Assembly: GCA_030704615.1 (NCBI GenBank)
Contig: CM060734.1
Coordinates: forward strand, 27,962,001 to 28,026,000
Length of the DNA: 64,000 nucleotides
Direction of reading: 5' to 3'
Source of the DNA: Takakia lepidozioides
Lineage: Eukaryota; Plantae; Bryophyta
The notes beneath the pieces are model-generated. The model had not been told where the DNA came from. It was given only the letters and a program-made list of their open reading frames with translations, and made no database searches. Position 1 is the stretch's first letter, and the number at the start of each line of letters is the position of its first letter. Below are positions 13,287 to 24,873 of the stretch, in pieces. Both the position numbers and the translations under genes were made by a program.

Positions 13287-14508
13287 ACGGAAATACGGCG
13301 CCGCATTTCCGTATTGCTTCTTGGTCATGCACCAGAGCGACGGAAATGCGGCACCGAGTTTCCGTCCGGGGGAAACCTTTATACTCTCCAGAACGGAAAT
13401 GCGGCAACGCATTTCCATCCAGCAAGCACGGTATGTGAAGGTGGAACGGAAATGCGGTACCGCATTTCCGTTCTGATTGAGAATTATGAACAACGGGAAC
13501 AGAAATGCGGCACCGCATTTCTGTCGGAGTCGCACTTTCCGACATTCCAGAACGGAAATGCGGCGCCGCATTTCCATTTTGTATCTGATGCATGGAGCAG
13601 AGTGCAATTCCGACCGCTTAAGACATTCATACTATCCAGAAAGGAAATGCGGTACCGCATTTCCGTTCTGACTGAAAATCGTGAACCATCGGAACTGAAA
13701 TGCGGCAGCGCATTTCCATCCGAGTCGCACCTCCCAACATTCCAGAACGGAAATGCGGCACCGCATTTCCGTCGGAGTCGCACCTTCCGACATTCCAAAA
13801 TGGAAATGCGGCGGCGCATTTCCGTTTTGTATGTGAGGCATGGAGCTGTGGAACGAAAATGCGGCACAGCATTTCCGCCAGCGTCAGACGTTAATACTCT
13901 ACAGAACGGAAATGCGGTACCGCATTTCCGTTCTGACTGAAAATCGTGCGCAACGGGAACAGAAATGCGGCGCCGCATTTCCGTTTTGTATATGGGGCCT
14001 GGAGCTGTGGTACGGAAATGTGGTGCCGCATTTCCATCCATGTGAGACCTTCAAACTTTCCAGACCGGAAATGCGGCACCGCATTTCTGTCCAGGTGAGA
14101 CCTCTATACTTTCCCGAACGGAAATGTGGCACGGCATTTCCGTTCATCAACTAACGTATGTGAAGGGGGAACGGAAATGCGGTACCACATTTCCGTTCAC
14201 ATTGAAAATCATGAACCACGGGAACTGAAATGTTGTGCCTCATTTCCGTCCGAATTGCACCTTTCGACATTCCAGAACGGAAATGCGGCGCCGCATTTCC
14301 CTTTTGTATCTCATACATGGAGCTGTGGGACGGAAATGCGGCACCGTATTTCCGTTCAACAACTAAGGTATGTGAAGGTGGAACGGAAATGCGGTGCCGC
14401 ATTTTTTCCAACAAGTACGGATGTGTAGCTTCGTGATGGTACTTAACGGAAATGCGGCGCCGCATTCGCATTTTCACTCCAACTCATCAGACGCTGGGAC
14501 GGAAATGC
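13287..14508. repeat. Phased array of a 26-bp palindrome ACGGAAATGCGGCGCCGCATTTCCGT, 53-bp period
   Basis: Unit starts at 13287, 13340, 13393, 13446, 13499, 13552, then 13641 to 14383 in 53-bp steps (15 units), then 14446, with a half unit at 14499; 27-bp spacers fall mostly into five recurring families. Confidence 0.97.
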
Positions 14509-14817
14509 CTTGAAATGTGAACACGTGGAGCACGGAATTGCTGCACATGTCGGCACTCTATCTCTGACTGAAGGGGCATGAGGCGCGCGCCTGACCGTTG
14601 GATAATGATGTTTGTTTTTCGGACGGCAGGCGTACCTTGAACGATTCGAATTTCGTAATGACGCAAAGTCCACGAGGAGACACTTTCGTCCAACCCTTTC
14701 GAACGCAAGTGGTGCATCACCGCCGTTTCATCTACTTTTGTCGTGTCTCCTCAGTCACCCCTCTCGCGCCCTTTCCATCTGCACTCTTTGCCCCTTTTCC
14801 CTCTCTCTGTTCTTCTT

Positions 14818-15715
14818 ATGCTCGAACCTGAGAGGGGGGAGTTCGTGCACCAGACAGGAGACCTCGTCGCAAGCTCCGGAAATTATACTTCGGACGTAGG
14901 CCAATGCCGAAGGGGAGGAAGCAGATGCGTCTACAGGAGGAGATTGACATCTCCGAGCAGCAGGCCACTCAGGCAACCCAGCCACCAGTGAGAGCTCCAT
15001 GCGATCGGGCTGCGCGCAGCTGATCGAGCACCGAACCCCCCATTTTGCTTCTGTAATTCTTAGACTGAATGCTAGGAGACTTGAATGCAGAACATGTTTG
15101 CATGCCTAACAAGAAAGGTGGACGTGCTGGAGGGATCGCAGGAATCCGAAGAGCCGCAGGAAGAGTCTGAGGAGCTAGCTGCAGCACGTACACCCACCCG
15201 ATCCCCGAGCGCGGGTATTCCTGCCGGGCCTAGCCCTGTGCGATTCAAAGACGCGGCTTCGAAGGGCAAGTTCAAAGCCCCAGAGATCGACTCGCATTCT
15301 TCGGTCATGGAGAATCGCCAGCAGGGGTCGGGCCCTTCTCCAGCAAAGTCGAAGAAGAAGCAGCCCGTCCCTCTACTGGCTTCTGAACCGGCTCAGGCCG
15401 ATTCACCCCCCCCAACGCGAATGAAGCAGCAGGGTAAAAGACAGATTCAATTGCAGCAGACACCTTCACCTGCAAGGATGAGGAAGCAGAAGGCAATCAG
15501 GGCGACGGCCGAACAATCTCCCGCAAAACCACTTCCACGAGCTGAAGCTTAGTTCCTGGAGGATTTCCCGCCTGCAGATGTTGGGGCCGACTCTGCTGCA
15601 GCGAAGCGAAGGCATGGATCGACCGTTGATCTCGATTTGGTACCGGAGGAGGGTGCTGCCGCTCAACGTTCGCAGCAAGACCTCACCACCGATGAGCAAG
15701 CAGGCCCGGAGGGAA
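14818..15715 (+). pseudogene. Accessory gene fragment divergent from MULE-1 (basic first exon, S/P/K/E-rich disordered second exon)
   Basis: Exon-like RRKLRKLYFGRRP...MRLQEEI ending at a GT donor (~14988), acceptor TGCAG at ~15090, ORF 15085..15552 and its continuation past a stop. Confidence 0.45.
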
Positions 15716-15719
15716 ACAA

Positions 15720-18031
15720 TCGCAATGTTCAGGTCCTTCAAAGTCTGATCCAGCACAATGACGGCGCGCTTTTCGAGCTGCAAATAGTATATTTGTCAGA
15801 ATTGCAAAAAAGAAACACATCACATACTTGAAGAGAAGAAACAGCATGTTCGAATACACACCTGACTCCAAAATGTAGCCTTGTGGAGCCAGTTATCAAA
15901 CACCAAATCACTGATTCCTTCCACCTTTGTGCCAGGCTGTATGGTGCTCTTTGGGAACTGATTCAAGTCCTTTACTGTTTGATCTGAGTTCCATATCTCC
16001 AGCCACCTTATTTTTTTTTGTGGGTCGACCATCGATATGGCCAGCCGGTGCAATTTCTCCTGCTGCATCTCCGGATGCACATGCTTGTCATAGTGTGTTT
16101 TGATCTGCTGAAGGAACTCAGGACCAAGTCCAGGATCTACTATTCTAAGCTGCTTTCCGAAGGCTGACATCAATTTGGTTCTTCGCATCTCAAACTCCTT
16201 CTTTATTGCAGCTTCCACACCCTTTGATGTCCTTAGTTCCTCTGGTGTAGTGCGGTAATATTCGGATTTTCCCTTCTCAGCTGCCTCTGCCAGTTCTTGC
16301 TGCATTCATTCAAGTAGTGATTAGCTCCGAAGGGACTCTAAACATGTATTCGAAAAGTAAACAGATTACAGACTCGGGCTTACCGCATACATGTACTCCA
16401 GAAACGCCTCTCGTGTCAAAGAATACCAAGTGCCTGCAGCTCTTCCTGTTTCGCACTTCTTGATGATATTGGGTGGTAGTACTGTCCGAAAATCATCCAG
16501 CTTCATCAGACCAATCCTCTGAATTCGGAATAGTGTGTGAACCAAGCTTGTTGTCACATGCGATTTCTCTGTCGATCTGCAAAACATTGAAAACATTGCA
16601 TTCCTTAACACTGTTTTTTGAGGATCAACAAGACACTACAGAGGGAATGAAATCTCCTGGATGACTTACTTGTTCACGTCGTGCATAGCTGTAAGAAGCC
16701 TAGCGATGTCGTTTCCTGGATCCAAAACCATTGCCTCCACAGCAACATGCTTGTCTTTGTCTTTCGAATGGTGTTTCTAAATGTATCCCATCCATGCCAG
16801 CAATCGGTGGTTGCCGTCCCAGACGTAGAACATGTGGTTGCAAAATTGCTGGGTGTTCTTTCCCATCATGAGGCCCAGCTCGAACTCCTCATTGGCATCT
16901 TTCCAGCTCATCCCAGTTATCACTGATCTCTGGAAACTAATGTGCTTTTCCCATTTATATCCGTCAGTGACACATAAAAAACTTGTGCACCAAGTCTATA
17001 TCCATGCACAAAATCACTCTCCAATTTTTGTTATGTCATGGGAAAGAGGTGGACGCACAACAGGCATTGATATCATCCGGCACAGAGGTATGTCCAGACG
17101 CCCTCCAGATACGAGCATGTCCCTTATAACCTCCTGAGAGTTTACCTTCTGGAATGACATGAGTTCTTTCACCTTGTCAAGGTAGTGCACTTCGGATTCA
17201 TCTGCTTCATCTGTATTCTCTGAGCTTTTTGCGGACTCGTCCCCATCTCCAGATCCTTTCCCCTCTGATCCTGTAGGCTTCGACCTCACAGTTTTCTGCA
17301 CGATGCCATTCAGTTCTGACTAAGTGATTTGCAAATAGTGAATGGCGGTAACGACAATCACTCTGTATCAAGGAAACTCACCATGAATGGTGTGAAAGAA
17401 TTCAGCACAATCTACACATGCAAAGCCGAGACTGCCGTATTCAAAACAAAAGAGAGCGATAGCGAACGGCGTTAACGACAATCACAAAAGATAACAACCT
17501 GCCGGATCGGTGTTGTGTAATGACATATATGTGCAACTGATTGGCGGCAACGACATTCAGTGTAGTTTAGGGAGAATAGTAAGTGCAGACTCTCTCTTCA
17601 AACACATAGGTACATAAATCTCATGAGCAGAATCGAATGGCGTTAACGACGCTCGCGATTCAGTAGTTCCTGCTAAAGAATGGAAGAGGAAGGACTCCTT
17701 GAAAGGCAATCACACAGACTATATGATAAAACTTACTGGCACCTTTTTAGGTTTTGAAATTTGATCCCCTTCTGCAGCTTTCCTCTTCCCTCTCACATCT
17801 GCTGGAGTTTCTGTCTGCGCAAGGGTTTCTTGACCTTCTTCAGGTTCGGCGTTCCGCGTGCTTCCACCTTCTTCAGTGTCCCTGCGATTCATCTCTGCCT
17901 CCACAGGCTGGCGCACTCTTATCGCCGACTGTGTCGCAGCCGCTGCCTCAGTCTCCGTCTGCTCTTGTGAATCAGTCTCCGCGTTCACCTGCCTTTGGCC
18001 CTGTGTTCTCCAACAAACGACGCCTCGTCAT
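15720..18031 (-). pseudogene. Spliced ParB/Srx-like gene, copy 1 (divergent from MULE-2, apparently 3'-truncated)
   Basis: LDIPLCRMISMPVVRPP (17014..17301), MFYVWDGNHRLLAW (minus strand ~16792-16833), GTWYSLTR exon (16390-16560), ORF 15820..16305; GT-AG introns; collinear with the 60-kb gene. Confidence 0.7.
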
Positions 18032-18881
18032 TTTCTCTCTTGCTCTGCGTCTCTCTCTAAGGGAAGTAAAATAAAGAGACTTTCTTCTCTTTCGTATTCT
18101 AGAAGGAACCCTCTCCAGCTTGACTACCACTCTCCCTCTAAGCGCGAAAAGTAGAAAAACGCAGTGACTCCGATTTCTTGCGGGATTGCCTGTGTTCTTG
18201 CGTGTCTCTAGAAGCATCGGATTCCCTCCCGCGTGACCGTTACACATAGTCGTTTCGTTATTAGTGCACATGCCAGCAATTGGTGTACAGCTGTTCGTAT
18301 TCAGTTATGGATGTCTGACGTGTGCCGCCCAAAACAAAACGGCGTGTTCTAATTATATAACTGGTTCAATATTTAAAAACAGCGAATCCCAGAAATTGAT
18401 GCGCAGTCTTAAACAAATAAATATAAATGAACGAGAGTTTGATGACAAATTTTGGAATATCATACACGGTCATCCTTGTTATCCAAACCCCACATTCGTT
18501 GCACATTTGAAACTTTCCAGGTGCGCATGATCATTGGTAGTAGTATAGATACATTTACTTAATCTGCAATCCCATTCTCGGATCCTGTGGCATGCTTCCA
18601 GGAAGTCGGCTTTGTTATTGGGTTTATTGATGAGGTTCTGATTAACGGTTTAACAGTTGCCGACACTGCCCCTATGGATTCTCTGACCACTGGGCCCACA
18701 AGAAAAGTAATTAAAATGGACGGCTGCATATCTGGAATGAATAACAGAATATGCACAGTCGTTATCTGAGCTTCCTCCGCCATATGCTCTGCTCATTCTT
18801 CAACTGTGTTCTGGAGACAGCAGTAAACCGATTTACACTAGATCTGCGATAGCAAGGTACAAACATACTCGAGGAAGGAAG

Positions 18882-21800
18882 ATGGCTTCCTCTGAAGCGG
18901 AGTTCTTCTCAGACGACAAACCAGTGCCGTTCTCCCAGGAAGTCCTTGACAATGGATTTGCAATTGTTCTGGAACATGTCTTGGCTACCCGTTTTCAGCT
19001 GCAAATGGCTCCATCTTTTTGGAGAAAGAGGTTTACGATCTGAAAGGGAAAATATTCTTTCCAAACCGTGATGAGACGGCTCATATCAGCCAGTGGAGTG
19101 CGTCTGGTTACAGTACTTGGAGAGCCTCGGCGAAAGTCCCTTGGGTCATATGTGACGCCCGGGACTGCTGCTTCGGTCGTTTGAAGACAAGAGGTGGTGG
19201 TGAAAAAAGAACAGACTTCCTCCACTCCATCGTTGAGCTTTCGGATTCTTCCGATGACATAAAATTCCAAATCCAGTCCTTCCTACTGTGGTTTGCAGAA
19301 GCTGATGAAAGAGATTTGTAGTGTCATTCCAAAATTGCGGCGATGGGAGGAATGGCTGGATTCAAAAGTGAGTTGCGGGGAATTGATTGGGAATCTTTGA
19401 AGCAGGTGCCTGTGAAGTTCTTGCCGGAGACTTTTGATGGCGATATCCTATTCGAGCTGCCTCCTCCTCCGCGAGTTGGAGGTGTAACAATCATGATGCA
19501 TGGAATGGACAAGAAACACGACGGGCACCCGTGGTGCAGAACAAAAACATCCAATATTCAGAATGATGACAAGCTTGTTTTCAGGAGGACAGTTTGCAAT
19601 GGACACCTTAGGTGTGATAATTTGAATTGCAGACACTTTCTTCAGTCTGGAGTTCATAATCAAAGCGAATGGGAGGGTCTGGCGGAGAATCCATTTCAGC
19701 CTGGGACTGCCCCTCCACCGGCAAACACTTTCGTCTGCAAATTCTGCAAACTTGTGCCATCCTGCTTGGCGCTCTGCGGAGCAAGAATGTACTATGTTGT
19801 CCACCGTTTGAATACAATGACGAGAGCTTGTGTGCATTTTGGATTCCATAACCATCCTGTCTCGAAGGGGGATTACAGGGAGAGTGTTGAGACAGTATCG
19901 AGGTTGATCAAACAGGAGTTCGGAGAAACCCATCCGCAACACAACATCTGCAATTGCTCTTGGCGCAAGCAAGTCCTTCTTGGAAAGCCATATTTTGAGT
20001 GAAGGAGATTCTGTGGGGACTAAACTTGACGGTGCAGCATTGGACCTGGTCATGGATCATTTCTCCACTTTAAGTTCACCTAACATTCGGCATCAGATCA
20101 ATGCATTGAGAATGGGCTCTGGGATCAGAGGCTACATAGACAATATTTTGGAATTGAAACGACTGAGCAAGTACGATTACATCCAGGACAATGTATTCCC
20201 AGGTCAAGGTGCCATCAAAGTTTTTCTTTTCAAAATGTCGACTGTTGGGGAGGGCAGTGGGGTTAGCCTCGTGAAGCGGATGCAGAAGACTGGGGACTTG
20301 CAGAACTGTTTTCTTATGTTTGATCATGTGAAACGAGTGAAGGATTGGACGACAATGGCTTGTCATGTCTACGATCCAGTGTACCAACGAGTTATGACAA
20401 TTGCAGTTTGTGACATGCAATCCGAGGATACGGAATCCCAGAAGCTCATGTGGAATTCCCTGATACGTGTCATGGGCTGCCATGGGCTGCCATCTCCAAA
20501 TTTCGCAGGTTTCATGGCGGATAGTGCTCAAGCAAATTTCAATGCTATTCGTATTGTCTTCGGATCGGGCGACCCAAAGTGCCTATGCCAGGAAGAGAGC
20601 GTACATGTCTATTCCATTGGACACAATCTCTGGAAAAACATACAAAGTCGGACATCAAACCAGAGATGCAGACTCAGCACCGTAAATTGTGCAAAGAGTA
20701 CAAATGCTAGAACAATGAAGGAGGCGGACACTTTGTTCCAGACAATTCGTGCCTGGTGGTTCTCTTCTGGAGCTGCATCACTTGAGAGTATGAGAGCATT
20801 GGAAGATTGGCTGGCGTTTTGGCACTTCCGGTATAGACAGTGGGGAGCAGCCATGACAATGGTACGAGGCTTCTATTTCATGCTTTATTCATACATTTGC
20901 TTTCCATATTTTTGACTCATTGCTTTCTTTATGTTGTTTCCTGTGTGCACTATTCTGAAGTGTGGTTATCCTCTTTGCAGAACATGTCCATTGAGGAAAT
21001 GGCGACATGCCATCTTGCAATTTGGCAGAAACTGTGCACAATGCATGGTTGCAGCAGTCTGGGAAACGAGGTCGGGATTTGTATGTGGCACAACAGATGA
21101 TTTGATACGTGCCTTGCAACAACAAACCCGATACCGTGATTTCTTACGAGGTGGGGTTGGTGGCAAGGGTCCGGACAAATCGGAGTTGATGTTGCGTGCT
21201 GCAAACAGATCTGGGGATCCAATCAAGATAGCACGGGCGGTGAGCATGTATGCCCAGGGAACGCCACTTGTTTCTAGAGTTCCACATCTTGAAGGGGAGG
21301 AGAGATTCGGCTCCTGTAAGAGGAAATTGAACACTCCACCTGGTTCGGATTCAGATTCCCACAGGGCAGACCGTGATAACTTCTCGAAGCCTCGTGTTCC
21401 CCTGCATGACAGCTCCGTGTCCGGAACCTCCATTGTGGAGGAACCTCCAACACGACGGCAAGCTCCAGCATCAAACCGTGCCACTGAAATGGTGCAGGAG
21501 AGAAACAACCCCCTTGATGTGCTTGAGTCCGCATGCCCCGACCACGTTTGGCACATAGAACGCACAAGTGTCGGGTCTCGTGTGAAATGTACAGCGATCA
21601 GGGCAACTAATTTCGAGAAGTGCACTTCATCTATATCCAGAGGTGGTGCCCGAACTCCTGCTCCGACTTTCACGGGCTTGATGCGTCCATACGGTCAACC
21701 AGAAGCCAAGAACCACAAGTTCTGGTTCTGCGCAGATGATTGTGCCAGATGTGTGCATGGAACTGTGCGTCCTTCCGTAGTGATGAAGCCATCTCCTCCA

Positions 21801-22362
21801 ACCGTTTGGCCCGTGAAGGTGGGAACACATCTCAGCTTTCAGGAGATTGAAATGCTGGAGGAGGCAGGTTTTTTCCCTTGCGAGACAACCCCAACTCCAT
21901 GCATGTGCTACTACTCTGCGTCCTCCCGGGTCCCCCCGCAAATCCTGACTTGTGGCCAACCAAACGAGATGGAAAGCTCGTTCGGCGTTTCCCTCCAACC
22001 GCTGAACACTTTGGCAAAGTGGAGTCCGCAAGAATGCTCCAAGCTCGTGTCGGAAGCACCACGGAAGTACCCGATCCAGGATATGGTCGGGTATTCACAA
22101 TCATCACTTCCACATCTGCTGTTCATGACAGGACCTACGACATCACGGTTTCCAATTTCCCCAATTGCACATGTCCTGATTTTGTGAATATGCTATCAAC
22201 CAGTTTGGGCAAGAGAGGTAAATTCATACCCTGCAAACATTTGTATTTCATATTTTTGAGGAGGATGGTTTGCGATCCCAAACGTGACAACTTCATTCAC
22301 CAGCCACTATGAGTTTCAACGAGGTCGATACTCTTTTGCAGCGGGATACAACACATGGGTAG
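18882..22362 (+). pseudogene. MULE-2: GCM/WRKY-like + DDE + SWIM transposase (frameshifted; intron ~20862-20980)
   Basis: MDKKHDGHPWCRTKT...HFGFHNHP; LMFDHVKR; FMADSAQAN; ERTCLFHW (~20597); CNLAETVHNAW (~21016); SWIM CTCPDF...PCKHLY; clearly homologous to MULE-1. Confidence 0.82.
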
Positions 22363-22812
22363 CATGAACTATGTAATGTGTATGTGGATGACCATGATTT
22401 GAAATGTGTAATTCACATCAATTCGTCGGCTGTGCAATGATATGGCCTCCAACTATACGGAGTGAGGTCTGAGTGACAACTTTTAGGTAGTGCACATTTG
22501 TCATTGCACCGTTCGAAGTCTACATGTCTTGCTGTCGCTATGCACTACAATCATCTTTTGAAGATGATCATAACTCTCATTGTTATTTGAGGAGGGAGGA
22601 AGTCTTCTCGTGGCAGCCTTTATGGCGCACACTTTGTGAGGATATTTTGTCGTCTTCGTAATTGTAAAAGTGAAACAAACATTTGTAATTGCACAATGTT
22701 GGATGCTGCAATTGTAGGCCTCAACGCTCGTCTTGATTCTATTTAGGCAAGATTCCCTGCATTAATTCCACGGTCATAGGACCATCCACGGTTATAGGCG
22801 GCGCATGTTAAT

Positions 22813-23000
22813 GCTGACGTGGCAGTTGACGGACAGTGCCACGTCATCATTTACCGCCACATCAGCATGCTGACATGACGCCACGCCACGTCAGCATGTG
22901 TGCAGGCTCACGCCACGTCAGCTGGCGTGAGCGTACGCTCACGCCACGTCACTCCTGCGTGAGCGTACGCTCGCGCGCTCACGTGCAACGCTCACGCCAT
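22813..23000. repeat. GCCACGTCA (G-box-like) repeats and GCGTGAGCGTACGCTCACGC palindromes; probable subterminal region of MULE-2
   Basis: Motif at about 22815 (inverted), 22837, 22855, 22884, 22911 and 22942; cut by the Gypsy LTR at 23013. Confidence 0.6.
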
Positions 23001-23012
23001 TGCGTCGTTGGG

Positions 23013-23364
23013 TGAGGCTCAACTCGAGAAAGATGAGCCTCTCGCATTTGCCGTGAAGATAACCACTCTAGGGCCTAAATCTGCCTTGACCCCTGGATTG
23101 ACACTTGGGCCAATCCCAAATGTCAATATGTAAAAGCTAGCTATTTCCTAGCTAGTTTCACACTAGTGGTAATAACTTGACAGCTGTCGTGCGCATACAT
23201 ATCGCTACACAACTACATCGCTGTCCAAAACCACACAAACACAAACCACACTAGTATACCACTAGTCCACACTAGTCCAGCCACTAGTCCAACCACTAGG
23301 CTACAACTAGTTAGTCACTAGGCTGCCACTATGCTGCCCACTATGGCAGTCACTAGTCCACACA
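23013..23364 (-). repeat. 3' LTR of the DNMT-Gypsy element
   Basis: TG...CA ends, preceded by a PPT on the minus strand; its left ~170 bp match 33704-33875. Confidence 0.65.
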
Positions 23365-23623
23365 ATGGCCCCCCTAGCTGGTGCTTAGGTCCCTCTAAGT
23401 CCAGGTAGCCACAAGATGTGATAGTGACCATAGCCTCACTAAGTCTTCCACCACTATCCCTACTACACTCAAACTCGATAGATCAAGAGGCGGGTGCAAG
23501 AGTTGCCCCATCGTTAGTCGCCGTCTTGCAACCTGTGAACTTGAGCTTGGGATCTCATGTATTGACTCCTATGAGCTTGGCCTCCCATGTCTTGTTAGCT
23601 GCCTCCAGTCATGTCCACTGCCA

Positions 23624-24870
23624 CTATCCCAAGTAGTGTGGACACAAACCAATCCCGTCAGGAACCTTCTCAAGAGGTGGTGTCAAGCATCCCATATGCC
23701 AACCCCTTGAGCATCGATCACACACTAGCATGGTGGCTGCCCCTTTGGTAGACCCACAGAGCATGCACCTCAAAAACTGCAGGTACCACTGCCAAGTTTG
23801 GGTCAACTCTGCCATCGACATTGGGAGGTGACATGGCGCACAATTACGCACATGGTCATTCCAAGTCATGCCATCCCGACCCTCCAAGATCAGGACCCCT
23901 GAGGGCAACACCTCTCGAACCCTCAGAATAACACGCCCTGCAGTAACATCCAGAGTCGTAGGAGCAGTCTCTGCAAATAAAATAGTCACCAGGGCTAAAC
24001 CTCCAACCCCAGGACGATATCCTCCCCACGTATAGTGGCATACCTCAACGTATCACGGTGTTGTGCAATGGCAAGGTTCTCAAAAGCCATGGGCATGACT
24101 TTCTTGAACAATTCTGCACGCTGATCACATGCACGTACCCACACGTCCGGATCGTCAAGGTTAAGGACTTGAGCAGTGTCCCTACGAACGGCTGCAGGCA
24201 AATCCGGCTCTCGGCCAAAGAGAAGGAAATATAGTGAGAAGGAGGCAAGTGATGCTTGTTTGAAGATCCCAATCTCCTAGGTGTCCCTTCTGCAAGTCAT
24301 ACTTGCGCAAACCCCTCCTCACCGTCTAAACAACTCTCCTCTGCAAAGCCATCGGCCTCAGGATGATCCCGAGAAGTGGTGCGGTGGTCTATCAAGGCTT
24401 TATCACACAAGCCTGAAACTCCCCCAAGAACCTCTCCCTTGGTCCGTGAGTACCTCAGCTGGAGCACCAAATCGGCTAAGCACACGATCCAAGAATGCAT
24501 ACGCAGCCCCCTCACTAGCCTTGTCAGGCAATGGAACCAACTCAATCCACTTGGAGAAGTGCTCCACCATCACCAACACATATCTGTGGTGGCGCATAGT
24601 CAGTGGCAATGGTCCTGCGAAGTCAAGACTCCACCTGTAGCCCAATCCCATGATTGGTAAAGGATGCAACTGTGGTGTAGGGCGTTGAATGAAGCACGCA
24701 CCCTGTCACACACCATGCACCTAGCCACGAACTGTTGCACACCTTTGTATGCATACCACGCCACCAATACTACCCCTGCAGTAAACTGTGAGTGCGTCGC
24801 ACTCCAAAATGCTCCAACTCCTCATGGGCATGCCGCACTAACCGTGCACGCTGTGTGGGGTGAGGCACAA
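23624..24870 (-). pseudogene. Integrase with C-terminal PHD finger
   Basis: WSLDFAGP, FSKWIE, TDQG; terminal CMLCGS...MLVCDRCSRGWHMGCLTPPLEKVPDG..LCP (C4HC3 pattern with the last Cys altered). Confidence 0.9.
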
Positions 24871-24873
24871 TCC

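Noticed and set aside
13150-14477. Many overlapping ORFs (GNAAPHF / EMRRRIS / KCGAAFP repeats)
   Set aside because: By-products of a palindromic repeat whose 53-bp period is not a multiple of three; the same peptides appear on both strands.
13287-14508. CRISPR array
   Set aside because: Spacers are reused in five families rather than unique, no cas-like ORFs are visible, and the context is eukaryotic with spliced genes.
15715-15790. Plus-strand gene continuing into a ParB-like domain (VLQSLIQHNDGALFELQI)
   Set aside because: The same bases read better as a minus-strand exon after a good TTTGCAG acceptor, so the 14818 gene cannot be called ParB-like from this window.
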